Positions 18,162 to 26,710 of a stretch of 64,000 nt of DNA are shown here, one piece after another. The DNA is taken from contig CAVQUM010000021.1 of the NCBI GenBank assembly GCA_963716815.1, forward strand, positions 3,299 through 67,298. The letters run 5' to 3'. Under the pieces are notes generated by a model. It saw nothing but the letters and a program-made list of their open reading frames with translations, ran no database searches and was not told the origin of the DNA. A program made the translations under genes and the position numbers. This DNA is from an uncultured Chloroflexia bacterium (lineage in GTDB: Bacteria > Chloroflexota > Limnocylindria > Limnocylindrales > CSP1-4). Each line of letters opens with the position of its first letter. The stretch's first letter is position 1.

Positions 18162-18962
18162 GTGAGCCGAGTCCGTACCCGCACCGCCGATCAGCCACTC
18201 CGCCGACTGGCCTTTCCCGCGAGCGTCCTCGCGCTGAGCGCCGCCTTCATCGTCAGCGCCGGCGCGGTCAACGCCCAGGACGAGGAGATGGCCGACAGCG
18301 GCATCGATGGCACCTGGACCGTCGACACTTCCATCGGCAACTTCGATGATTTCAGCTCGGCGTGGGTCGGCTTTCGCGTGGCGGAGGTGTTGAGCCCCGG
18401 CGGTGAGGTGGATGCGGTCGGGCGCACGCCCCTGGTGAGCGGCCAGTTGGAGGCGGCCGGCACGGTCATCGAGAGTGCGGTCATCGAGGCCGACCTCACC
18501 GGCATCGTCAGCGACCGCGAGCGGCGCGACGGCGCCATCCAGCGCGCGCTCGGCACGGCCGACTTCCCGACCGCCACGTTCGAGTCGAGCGGCCCCGTGG
18601 ATCTGGGTGCGGTGCCGCCCGACAACGAGCCCTTCAGCGCCTCGGTGCCGGGCACTGTCACCATCCGCGACGTCGCGCAGGAGGTCACCCTCGAGCTCGA
18701 CGGTCAGCGCGTCGGTGACGTGGTCGTGGTCGTGGGCACCCTGCCGGTCGACTTCAGTACCTTCGGCGTGACCATGCCCACGGCGCCCATCGTGGTCTCG
18801 GTCGAGGACAGCGGCGATCTCGAATGGCAGCTCTTCCTCACCCGCGCCATCGACGACATGGCCACCGACGACATGGCCACCGATGACATGGCGGACGACG
18901 GCATGGCCGAGGACGACATGGCCGAGGACGACATGGCCGAGGACGAGCCCGCCGACGGGTAG
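18162..18962 (+). CDS. Secreted YceI-like (polyisoprenoid-binding) domain protein with an acidic repeat tail
   Basis: GTG start with GGAGA upstream, and a signal peptide ending AVNAQ. YceI-like core: WTVDTS...SSAWVGFRVAE...LTGIVSDRERRDGAIQRALGTADFPTATFES. The C-terminus is (MA[TED]DD)x6. Confidence 0.65.
   Translation: MSRVRTRTADQPLRRLAFPASVLALSAAFIVSAGAVNAQDEEMADSGIDGTWTVDTSIGNFDDFSSAWVGFRVAEVLSPGGEVDAVGRTPLVSGQLEAAGTVIESAVIEADLTGIVSDRERRDGAIQRALGTADFPTATFESSGPVDLGAVPPDNEPFSASVPGTVTIRDVAQEVTLELDGQRVGDVVVVVGTLPVDFSTFGVTMPTAPIVVSVEDSGDLEWQLFLTRAIDDMATDDMATDDMADDGMAEDDMAEDDMAEDEPADG
18855..18944 (+). repeat. 15-bp in-frame tandem repeat x6 (gacatggccaccgac and variants)
   Basis: Six consecutive 15-bp units read directly, encoding DMATD DMATD DMADD GMAED DMAED DMAED. 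Confidence 0.9.
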
Positions 18963-18968
18963 CTACTT

Positions 18969-19032
18969 GGCTCGACCGGGGCAGAGGGGCGAGGGGGAGA
19001 GGATCCCTCTGGTCGACGCTCCCGGTCGAGCC
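18969..19032. terminator. Long hairpin between convergent genes (perfect 12-bp outer stem)
   Basis: ggctcgaccggg ... cccggtcgagcc with a nested agagg/cctct stem. It lies between the YceI-like stop (18962) and the anti-sigma stop (19103). Confidence 0.5.
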
Positions 19033-19102
19033 GTGACCCGAGACTGACGGCCGCGCGTGCCACGTGCTGCGTGCTGCGTCACGCTCGCGCTGTCGCTCCT
19101 CG

Positions 19103-20246
19103 CTAATCGCCGCTGATGGGCTCGGCGATACTCCGCGGGACCGTCGCTATGGGCACCACGCAGTCGTGCCGCACGATGAGCCCGTCGCGTTCCCAGAAGG
19201 TACACAGGCTCCCGCCGCCGATGCTGCCGAACGCCGCCCAGCGGTGTTCACCCGCGGGTGCGGGCAGGGCCAGCGGCGGAGCCAACTCGACGATCTCGCC
19301 GTAGCCCATGACGCTCATGTACTCGCGGATGCCCTCGAGCGTGTACTCGTGGTTGTCGTAGGCCACGTGGTGAGAGATGTCGGGCGAGACCGTCTGTTCG
19401 ATGGCCTCGAGGCTTGCCTGGGCCCAACCCTCGGTGAGCGTGGGTCCGATCTCTTGCCACAGCGCCAGGCTGTCCGGCGACGGGGCCGAGAACGCCGGCG
19501 TGGCGGTGCTCGTGGAGGCCATCGGCAGGATGCAGTCGTGGCGTGTGATCAGGGCATCCCGCACCCAGACGACACAGGCGATCCCGTCGAGGCCCTTCGG
19601 CACGCCCAGGTATCGGCGGTCGTCCGTCCAGGCCGAGTCCGGCAGCCGGATCCAGTCATGCCCTTCGACGGTGCGCGAGATCACTGATGCGCTGCCAGAT
19701 GTCGGACGGGCCCACGGAACGCTCCTCGGTGTCGTGCCAGAGCGCCGTGTGGACCGCGTCTTGGGCGTAGACATCGCGCACATCGTCGAGGCTGGTCTCC
19801 TGGCCCGACCAGACGCCTTCGAGGCGAGCCATGAGCTCGCGGTCGGCCGGGTCCAGCGTGGGCTGTGGCGAGGCTGATGCTGACGCGCCGGCACCTGGCG
19901 TCACCGGCTCATCTGACGGTCGCAGCGTAAGGAAGGCGAAGCTGGTCGCGATGAGTGCGATGACGGCCATCGCGCTCATCAGCGAGGCGGCGATCCCGCC
20001 ACGGCCGAACATGACCAGGCCCGCGCCACGACCCGCGGCGATGAGGTCTTCGTCGATCTCATCGACCCTCGTGGCCCCGCGTCGGAAAGGGAGCAGACGC
20101 CACGCCCCGCGCCGCTGGCGGGTCTCATCGACGCGGCCCATGATGCGGCCGACCTGGCGGTTGCGGTCGGGCGGGCGCTCATCGTCGTCGCGCATCCAGC
20201 TGCGCACCGCCTGCTCCATCTCGCGATCGTCAGGCAGCCTCGTCAC
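19103..20246 (-). pseudogene. Anti-sigma factor with one TM and two extracytoplasmic NTF2/SnoaL-like repeats ending in RHDC, one frameshift
   Basis: GTG start with GAGGAGG 8 nt upstream. TM segment IAASLMSAMAVIALIATSFAFL. Repeat 1 ends ACVVWVRDALITRHDCILP and repeat 2 ends LCTFWERDGLIVRHDCVVP. ORFs 19656..20246 and 19103..19894 join at about 19673. Confidence 0.65.
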
Positions 20247-20258
20247 GGGACCACCTCC

Positions 20259-20906
20259 TCACCGACGACAGGCGGCTCGGGCTCGGCGCTCGACAGCCTC
20301 GACCGTCGCCGCGGGGCGCGCGTCGGCCTCCAGCGCGGCCCGCATCTCGGCCAGCGCTCGGTACAAACGCGACTTGACCGTGCCACTGGGGACCCCCAGG
20401 ACGCGGCCGACCTCGTCGAGTGGAAGGTCGAGGTAGTGATGCAAGACCACGACCGCGCGATGGTCCATCGACAGGCGGCGGAAGCCGCGCTCGAGTTGGT
20501 CGCGGTCGATGACCGCGCCGTAGTCGCCACCGGTCCGCGGTTCCGAAGGCGAGCCTTCCTCGATGCCGGGCATCCAGCGCGGTGCTCGCTTGTACTCGGC
20601 GTAGCAGGCGCGCACGAGCAGCTTGTAGGACCAGGCGTCGTAGCGGGACGGGTCGCGCAGCCGCGGCAGGTCACGCCAGACGTTGACCATGGCCTGCTGC
20701 ACCGCGTCCTCCGCCAGCTGCGAGTCTCGCAAGAGCCGCATGGCCACGGCGTGGCAACGGTCGAACGAGACGTTCACGATGCGTTCGAACGCGTCTCGGT
20801 CGCCCTCTTGCGCCCGCACCACCAGCTCTTCGTCCACACGCTCCCCCGTGCGTCGGACGGCGCGACACACGCCGCCCTCGAATGGTACGTGCGCCGTCCA
20901 ACGCAT
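20259..20906 (-). CDS. ECF-type RNA polymerase sigma-70 factor
   Basis: Region 2 is AEDAVQQAMVNVWRDLPRLRDPSRYDAWSYKLL. Region 4 is LSMDHRAVVVLHHYLDLPLDEVGRVLGVPSGTVKSRLYRAL. The true start may be an internal GTG. Confidence 0.85.
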   Translation of the reverse strand: MRWTAHVPFEGGVCRAVRRTGERVDEELVVRAQEGDRDAFERIVNVSFDRCHAVAMRLLRDSQLAEDAVQQAMVNVWRDLPRLRDPSRYDAWSYKLLVRACYAEYKRAPRWMPGIEEGSPSEPRTGGDYGAVIDRDQLERGFRRLSMDHRAVVVLHHYLDLPLDEVGRVLGVPSGTVKSRLYRALAEMRAALEADARPAATVEAVERRARAACRR

Positions 20907-20942
20907 CGGGGTTCCGATTTCGCCGAGGTCCGCCCGAACGCG

Positions 20943-21737
20943 CTATCCGGAGACCGGCAGCACGCAGTCGTGGCGCGTGACCATGCCGTCCGCGGCACGG
21001 AAGATGCAGACACTGCCGCCGGCGATCGTGGCCACCGACGCCCACGCCAGCTCGCCACCAGGCGCCTCGAAGTCGACGCGGTCACCTATCCGTCGATGCG
21101 CGCCGCCGAGGCTGGCGACGGCGAAGATCTCCTCCGGGCCGGTGTAGGTCCTGGTCTTGTTCAGGTATCGCGCGGTGTGCACGGCATCGGGAGCGTAGAC
21201 CTCGGCCAACCGCTCGACAGTGGTGCCGCGTCCCCAGACGCCGTCCAGGCGCTCCACGATCTCGTCGATGGCGGCCGATGTCTCGGCATCGGCGAGCCGA
21301 CCTCGGGCCCGGCCCTCGTACGAACGCTTGGGCACCAGGCAGTCGTGTCGGAGCGATCAGGCCGTCGACCGCGCGGAAGAGGCAGGCGATGCCGCCACCG
21401 AGGCCCGCGAAGCTGACCCAGCGCCACTCGTCGTCAGCCGCGAGGATGTCGATGCGCGGTCCGATCTGCTCGAGACGGCCGAAGGCCAGCGACGGAGGCA
21501 ATCCCTCGGGCCCGGGGAATTCGGTGGTGAAGTCGTAGTACGTGGCGGTGTGCACGCCATCGGGTGCGTAGACCTCATCGAGCAACTCGGTCTCGCCGGC
21601 CCAGGCGCGCATGCTCAGCTCCGCCAGTTCGTCGATGGTGGCCGCGGAAGCCATGGCCGACTCCGCTCAGCCCGAGCACGGCGGCGCAGGTGCAGGCGAG
21701 CACGCGGGCCCAGGGTCGCGCGGATGGTGGACGACAT
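20943..21737 (-). pseudogene. Probable secreted or lipoprotein with two NTF2/SnoaL-like RHDC repeats (paralog of the anti-sigma sensor region), one or more frameshifts
   Basis: Repeat 1 ends ACLFRAVDGLIA/RHDCLVP (join at about 21351) and repeat 2 ends VCIFRAADGMVTRHDCVLP. An ATG at 21737 has GGAGGG 6 nt upstream. The signal-like RPWARVLACTCAAVLGLSG lies in another frame, so the N-terminus is unresolved and the intact ORF begins at 21654. Confidence 0.55.
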
Positions 21738-21826
21738 CGTCGACCCTCCCGGTTGGACGACGCTCGCAGATCGTCGTCGCTACCGGGTTCGTGTGTCGAA
21801 CGGTGGCCCCGGGTTCCGTCTGGTGC

Positions 21827-21967
21827 GAGCGGGTCGAGCCGGCGCACGTCCGGGTCGCGGGCGAAGTCCCGGTCCGCGCTCAGGAGTTCCAGTCCGCACT
21901 CGATGGCCAGCGCCGCCAGGTGGGCATCGCCGGTGTGGTTGCCGCTGGCCTTGCCCTCGACCAGCAG
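21827..21967 (-). pseudogene. C-terminal remnant of a PIN-domain VapC toxin (TIGR00028 / Mtu_PIN type)
   Basis: Reads LLVEGKASGNHTGDAHLAALAIECGLELLSADRDFARDPDVRRLDPL. Compare the family C-terminus G-D-L-x-P-D-A-x-L-A-A-x-A-x-E...S-x-D-R-D-F-A-R-F...R. There is no start codon, and the N-terminal ~90 aa would have to overlap the next gene. Confidence 0.55.
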
Positions 21968-21986
21968 AGGCCGGGGCCGGGGCCGT

Positions 21987-22445
21987 TCAGCGCTCGTCGT
22001 CGGTCTTGATGGTGGTGGCGGCGAGGCGGGTGATGAGGCCGATCTCCAGCTTCGGTGCGTCCTCGGCCAGGTCGGTCGGCGGGGTCACGCGCACATCGTT
22101 CTCGCCACCACCCACGATGGTCTCGTCGACGGTCACGGCCCAGTCGTCGCGGACGAGGATGACCAGCCCGCCCATGGTGTTCTCGACCAGGAGCCGGGCG
22201 CCGGCCGGGTCGATCACGGCGCCACGCAGGTCGACCTGCCCACCGCCCATGACCACAGTGATCTCACCGCTGCGCAGTCCACCGGCACGGCTGGTGAAGT
22301 CGAGGCTGCCCATGATGACCATCCGGCGGAATTCGTCGCTGACCTCGCTGCCCTCCTCGAACTGCTTGGAGACCACGAGGGTGGCAAGACGCGTGACGAT
22401 CATGCTGACGATCGCGAACAGCAGCAGCTTGAGCAGCGGGCGCAT
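21987..22445 (-). CDS. LiaF-like / DUF2154 domain membrane protein
   Basis: ATG at 22445 with AGGAGG 7 nt upstream. N-terminal TM MRPLLKLLLFAIVSMIVTRLATLVV, then the pattern VVMGGGQVDLRGAVIDPAGARLLVENTMGGLVILVRDDWAVTV typical of LiaF C-terminal domains. Confidence 0.6.
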   Translation of the reverse strand: MRPLLKLLLFAIVSMIVTRLATLVVSKQFEEGSEVSDEFRRMVIMGSLDFTSRAGGLRSGEITVVMGGGQVDLRGAVIDPAGARLLVENTMGGLVILVRDDWAVTVDETIVGGGENDVRVTPPTDLAEDAPKLEIGLITRLAATTIKTDDER

Positions 22446-22664
22446 GTGGTCCTCCTCTGGCGCCGGAGTGGGCCCGGCAGCACCTGGCGTGACGATAGCG
22501 ACTCGGCCGGCGGGCGTGTCCCGCCCATTCGCCCGTCCGGAGCGGGCGCAACGGCACTGTCTGGGCGGACGTCGCCCAAGGCACCCTCGAATGGGTGTCC
22601 CCGTGCGGTACCGCGGGGACTTCGGGTGGACGTGCCCCTGGTTCTCTACGTGCAGGAGGAGATC

Positions 22665-23141
22665 ATGCCTACGGTCGATCAGGCCATCGATGAGTTCCTG
22701 TCGCAGAAACGCATCGCCGTCGCGGGCGTATCGCGCAACGCTGGTGGCACGCACGCCAGCAACGGCATCTACTCGCGCTTCAAGGAGCGCGGCTACGAGG
22801 TCTTCCCGGTGAACCCCAATGCCGACGAGGTCATGGGCGACACCTGCTACCACAGCGTCAAGGACATCCCCGGCGGCGTCGACGCGGTGGTCATCGCGAC
22901 CAACCCCAAGGCCTCGCTTTCGGTCGCGCAGGAATGCAAGGAGGCCGGCATCGACAAGGTCTGGTTCCACAAGAACTTCGGCGCCGGCAGCTACTCGCAG
23001 GATGCCCACGACTACTGCAAGCAGAACGGCATCACCGCCCTCGTCAGCTGCCCGCTGTGGTACGGCCAGACCGCGGACGGCTTCCACAAGTTCTTCGGTG
23101 CCGCCTGCCGGGTCCTGCGCCAGGTTCCGAGCAAGCTCTAG
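22665..23141 (+). CDS. CoA-binding domain protein (YccU/YneT-like)
   Basis: AGGAGG upstream. Reads KRIAVAGVSRN...GYEVFPVNPNADEVMGDTCYHSVKDIPGGVDAVVIATNP...AGIDKVWFHKNFG. Confidence 0.7.
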   Translation: MPTVDQAIDEFLSQKRIAVAGVSRNAGGTHASNGIYSRFKERGYEVFPVNPNADEVMGDTCYHSVKDIPGGVDAVVIATNPKASLSVAQECKEAGIDKVWFHKNFGAGSYSQDAHDYCKQNGITALVSCPLWYGQTADGFHKFFGAACRVLRQVPSKL

Positions 23142-23244
23142 CGGTTGATCGAGGCGGTCGAGCCTCGCGGGGCTGGCCGGCCACGCTGTTCACTGCTGCT
23201 GTCATCGCCTTGGTCTACGCACTGCCGATCGGCCGGTACATCCG

Positions 23245-24864
23245 ATGAGCGACACACACCGGCCGTCGGACTTCTCCATCTTCATGTCGCGGATGCGCCG
23301 TACGCCGTGGCGCAAGGCGGTGCGTCAGGCCTGGCGCTCGCGCGGAAAGGACGATCACTTGCTGCTGCCCGAGCGCCTCGAAGGCGCGATCTACGGTCAC
23401 CTCTGCGGCGACGCGCTGGGCGTGCCTTACGAGTTCAAGCCGGCGTCCTCCATCGGCGAGGTGGAGTGGCGCGGCCACGGCACGTACGATCTGCCGCCCG
23501 GCACCTGGAGTGATGACGGCGCGTTGATGCTGGCGTTGCTCGATTCGCTGCTCGAGGCGGGCTTCGATCCGGCCGACCAGGGCCGCCGGGCGCTGGCTTG
23601 GTACGACGATGGCGTCTATGCCGTCGGCGGGCAGGTCTTCGACGTCGGCAATTCCACGCTGACGGCGCTGCACGAGCTGCGTTCAGGCACACGGGCCGAG
23701 GAGGCCGGCGCGGTCTCGGCCAAGGGCAACGGTGCGCTCATGCGCATCCTGCCGCTGCCGCTCGTGCACCGCGATGCCGACGCTGAGACGCTGCTCGAGA
23801 TGACCTTCCGGGCCTCGCGCGTGACCCACGGCAGTGCCGAGTCGCAGATCGCCTGTGGTCTCTACACGCTCATCGTGCGCCGTTTGCTCGCTGGCGAAGG
23901 GGACCGTGAGGCCGCGCTGGCCCATGCCCGGCGGGAGGTGAGGGCGGCCCTCGCCGCAGGCGGCCTGCCCGGTTCGAAGGAAGCCGCGGCACCGACCGAG
24001 GCGATCGCCCAGCTCGATGCCTTCGAGGCGTGGTCGGAGCGCTCTGGGCGTGGTCGGGTCGTCGACAGCTTCTGGTCGGCGTGGGCTGCGTTCGCCGCCG
24101 CGGACGACTACCGCGGCGCGGTGGTGACGGCCGTCGAGTATGGCAACGACACCGACACCACCGCCGCCATCGCCGGCGGCCTGGCAGGGGTCTACTTCGG
24201 CAGCGGCAGCGTGCCCGTCGCCTGGCATCGGGGGCTGCGCGACCGGGGCGTGGCCCAAGGGCTCGTCGACCGGCTGGTGGAGACCGACCGTTCGGAGTGG
24301 GGCGGCACCGCCTGGAGCACGTCCTCGGCCAACCCGCTGCGGGTCGACCTGATGGACCTGGCCGGGACCGACCTCGGGGCCGCCGGCGGGCGCGCCGGCA
24401 TGACGTTCCTGCCGGGCAAGCGCTACCTGGGCTACTACAACGGGCCGCAGTGGCGCGATCTCGACAGCGACCTCGCCGCGCTGCACGAGGCCCGGGTCGA
24501 CGTCTTGCTGCTGCTGGTCGAGGATCACGAGCTGCAGCGCTGCCGAGTGAGCCACGTGGCGGAGGCCTTTGCCGGTGGCGACATCGAACTCGTCCGCCAC
24601 CCGGTGCGCGACCCCATGACTCCCTCGGACGACGCTGCCTACCGCCGCATGATCACGGCCATGGTCGAGCGCGTCCGTGCCGGGCAGACCCTGGCCATCG
24701 CCTGTCGCGGCGGCCTGGACCGGGCCGGCATGACCTCGGCCTGCCTGCTGCGTGAGGCGGGACTGGATGCGGCCGCAGCCATCGATCGCGTGCACGCGGC
24801 CCGCCGCCACACGCTGACCATGCCCGACCAGCTCGACTACGTGCGCGGCTGGCCGCACGCCTGA
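23245..24864 (+). CDS. Fusion protein: ADP-ribosylglycohydrolase (ARH/DraG family) + C-terminal Cys-based (CX5R) phosphatase-like domain
   Basis: ARH motifs: GHLCGDALGVPYEF, NGALMRILP, YGNDTDTTAAIAGGLAG. The C-terminal ~170 aa carry IACRGGLDRAGMTS (C-x5-R), with HPVRDPMTP as a candidate general-acid loop. The start codon is uncertain (several in-frame ATGs). Confidence 0.75.
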   Translation: MSDTHRPSDFSIFMSRMRRTPWRKAVRQAWRSRGKDDHLLLPERLEGAIYGHLCGDALGVPYEFKPASSIGEVEWRGHGTYDLPPGTWSDDGALMLALLDSLLEAGFDPADQGRRALAWYDDGVYAVGGQVFDVGNSTLTALHELRSGTRAEEAGAVSAKGNGALMRILPLPLVHRDADAETLLEMTFRASRVTHGSAESQIACGLYTLIVRRLLAGEGDREAALAHARREVRAALAAGGLPGSKEAAAPTEAIAQLDAFEAWSERSGRGRVVDSFWSAWAAFAAADDYRGAVVTAVEYGNDTDTTAAIAGGLAGVYFGSGSVPVAWHRGLRDRGVAQGLVDRLVETDRSEWGGTAWSTSSANPLRVDLMDLAGTDLGAAGGRAGMTFLPGKRYLGYYNGPQWRDLDSDLAALHEARVDVLLLLVEDHELQRCRVSHVAEAFAGGDIELVRHPVRDPMTPSDDAAYRRMITAMVERVRAGQTLAIACRGGLDRAGMTSACLLREAGLDAAAAIDRVHAARRHTLTMPDQLDYVRGWPHA

Positions 24865-25016
24865 GCCCATCGTGGGACCCTCTCGCTGACGCGCCGGCGA
24901 CATCTCCACGCAGCCTCCACACGCGATCCATCGTGACTGCGTGTGGGCTCGTCATCGTCTGTGGCAACCAACCCCCGATGTGCGCTCCCGAGCGCACGCC
25001 ACAGGAGCAACGAACG

Positions 25017-25946
25017 ATGACCATCCGCTCACCTCGAACGATCCTGGCGGCCACGGCCGCGGTCGCCCTGACCGTCTCCGCGCTGGCTCCCACCGCGGTC
25101 CTGGCCAAGGGTCCCGGCGGCAGCGGCGACTGCGACGGTGACTGCAGCGCCGATCGGCCGCAGGCGCAGCTGCAGATCCAGGCACGGGACGGTTCGGGCG
25201 GTGGCGCTCAGCAGCGCTCACGCGCCCGTGACGTATCCGCCCAGCAGACTGCGACACGGGCCAGCGCCGGTGGCGGCGGACAGGTCCAGGCCCAGGCCGG
25301 CAACGGCGGCAACCAGAACCGCCAGAGCGCAGGTGGCCGCAACCAGAACAACAACCAGAACACCAACCAGAACGCCGCCCAGGGTCAGGGCCGCAACGCC
25401 AAGGATGCCAAGCAGGGCGCGGGCAAGGGCCCCAACGAAGACGGCGAGCGCGGCCCCGGCAGCTGCGACGACTGCGAAGTCGAGATGGGCGTGCTGACCG
25501 AGGATCAGGAAGACGGCCTCGTGTACATGGCCTACGAGGAGAAGCTGACCCATGACGTCTACGCCGCCTTCGCCGAGCAGTACGGCGTCAGGGTCTTCGC
25601 CAACATCGCCGGCTCCGAGGCGCGCCACCAGGAGGCGGTCGCGGTCGTGCTCGAGCGCTACGGCCTCGAGAACCCCACCGCTACGCTTCCCGCGGGCGAC
25701 TTCAGCGGCAACGACCTGATGGCCTCGCTGTACGAGACCCTCGTGGCCGAGGGCTCGGAGAGCCTCGAGCAGGCCATCGCCGTGGGCGTGCAGATCGAGG
25801 AGATGGACATCGAGGACCTGCAGTCCCGCATCGCCGGTCTCGAGGAGGCGGCGCCCGAGGACTTCGCCGCCGACGTCCACGAGATGTACTCGCACCTGCT
25901 CGCCGGGAGCCAGAACCACCTCGCCGCCTTCGGGGGCTGGCAGTAG
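25017..25946 (+). CDS. Secreted DUF2202 (ferritin-like) domain protein with a Gly/Gln/Asn-rich low-complexity linker
   Basis: AGGAG 9 nt upstream and signal peptide MTIRSPRTILAATAAVALTVSALAPTAVLA. The DUF2202-like core is LVYMAYEEKLTHDVYAAFAEQYGVRVFANIAGSEARHQEAVAVVLERYGLENP. Confidence 0.65.
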   Translation: MTIRSPRTILAATAAVALTVSALAPTAVLAKGPGGSGDCDGDCSADRPQAQLQIQARDGSGGGAQQRSRARDVSAQQTATRASAGGGGQVQAQAGNGGNQNRQSAGGRNQNNNQNTNQNAAQGQGRNAKDAKQGAGKGPNEDGERGPGSCDDCEVEMGVLTEDQEDGLVYMAYEEKLTHDVYAAFAEQYGVRVFANIAGSEARHQEAVAVVLERYGLENPTATLPAGDFSGNDLMASLYETLVAEGSESLEQAIAVGVQIEEMDIEDLQSRIAGLEEAAPEDFAADVHEMYSHLLAGSQNHLAAFGGWQ

Positions 25947-26026
25947 CGCCGACGGCCGCAACACCGACGCGATCCACGCCGACGGCCGGGGGCGAACCCC
26001 GGCGGTCGGCGTACCATCGCGCTCAC

Positions 26027-26710
26027 ATGTCACGCATCCTCGTCGTCGATGATGAGCCCCACATCACCGACGTCGTCAGCGCGTACCTCACGCGCGAGGG
26101 GCACCAGGTCGACACCGCCGCCGACGGCGACACCGCCTTCGAGCTGGCCCGCGCGGCCCGGCCCGATCTGATCGTGCTCGATGTGATGCTGCCCGGCCGC
26201 TCGGGCTTCGACATCCTGCGCGAGCTGCGCGCTCAGGGCCATGACAGCGCCGTGATCATGCTCACCGCCCGAGACGACCTCATCGACCGCGTGGCGGGTC
26301 TGGAGATGGGCGCGGACGACTACGTCACCAAGCCCTTCGAGCCACGCGAGCTGATGGCCCGCATCGGTGCTGTGCTGCGGCGCAAGGGCGAGATGGTCCC
26401 CGGCCCATCCGTGCGCTCGTTCATGGACCTGGCCATCGACATCGATGCTCGAGAGGTGACGCGCGAGGCCGAGCGCATCAGCCTGACGCGGGTCGAGTTC
26501 GATCTGTTGGCCACGCTCACCGAGCGTCCAGGGACCGTGCTCGGGCGAGGACAGCTGGGGGAGCGCATCTACGGCGAGGCCTTCGAGGCCGATGACCGCA
26601 CCATGGACAGCCACGTCAAGAACGTGCGCCGCAAGCTGGGTCGCCCGCCCGACGGTGGCGGTTACATCGAGACCGTCCGCGGCGTCGGCTATCGGGCCGC
26701 CCGTCGATGA
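26027..26710 (+). CDS. OmpR/PhoB-family response regulator
   Basis: Receiver domain (VVDDEP...DLIVLDVMLPG...TKPF) plus a winged-helix C-terminal domain (YIETVRGVGYR). Confidence 0.9.
   Translation: MSRILVVDDEPHITDVVSAYLTREGHQVDTAADGDTAFELARAARPDLIVLDVMLPGRSGFDILRELRAQGHDSAVIMLTARDDLIDRVAGLEMGADDYVTKPFEPRELMARIGAVLRRKGEMVPGPSVRSFMDLAIDIDAREVTREAERISLTRVEFDLLATLTERPGTVLGRGQLGERIYGEAFEADDRTMDSHVKNVRRKLGRPPDGGGYIETVRGVGYRAARR

Noticed and set aside
18855-18944. Tandem repeats (15 bp x6 here, 13 bp x2 at 40768, 9 bp x3 at 5588) considered as a possible CRISPR or minisatellite array
   Set aside because: The units are contiguous with no spacers, are too short, and lie in frame within coding sequence or at an operator. 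No cas genes are present.
22597-22620. Hairpin gtccccgtg-cggtac-cgcggggac, 45 nt upstream of the CoA-binding protein gene, considered as a riboswitch or attenuator
   Set aside because: It is a single stem-loop with no recognisable riboswitch core, and nothing indicates function. I note it only as a structure.
25140-25440. Gln/Asn/Gly-rich, lower-complexity DNA considered as foreign or repeat DNA
   Set aside because: It is in frame inside the DUF2202 protein between the signal peptide and the folded domain, so it is a low-complexity linker. I saw no exact DNA repeats.
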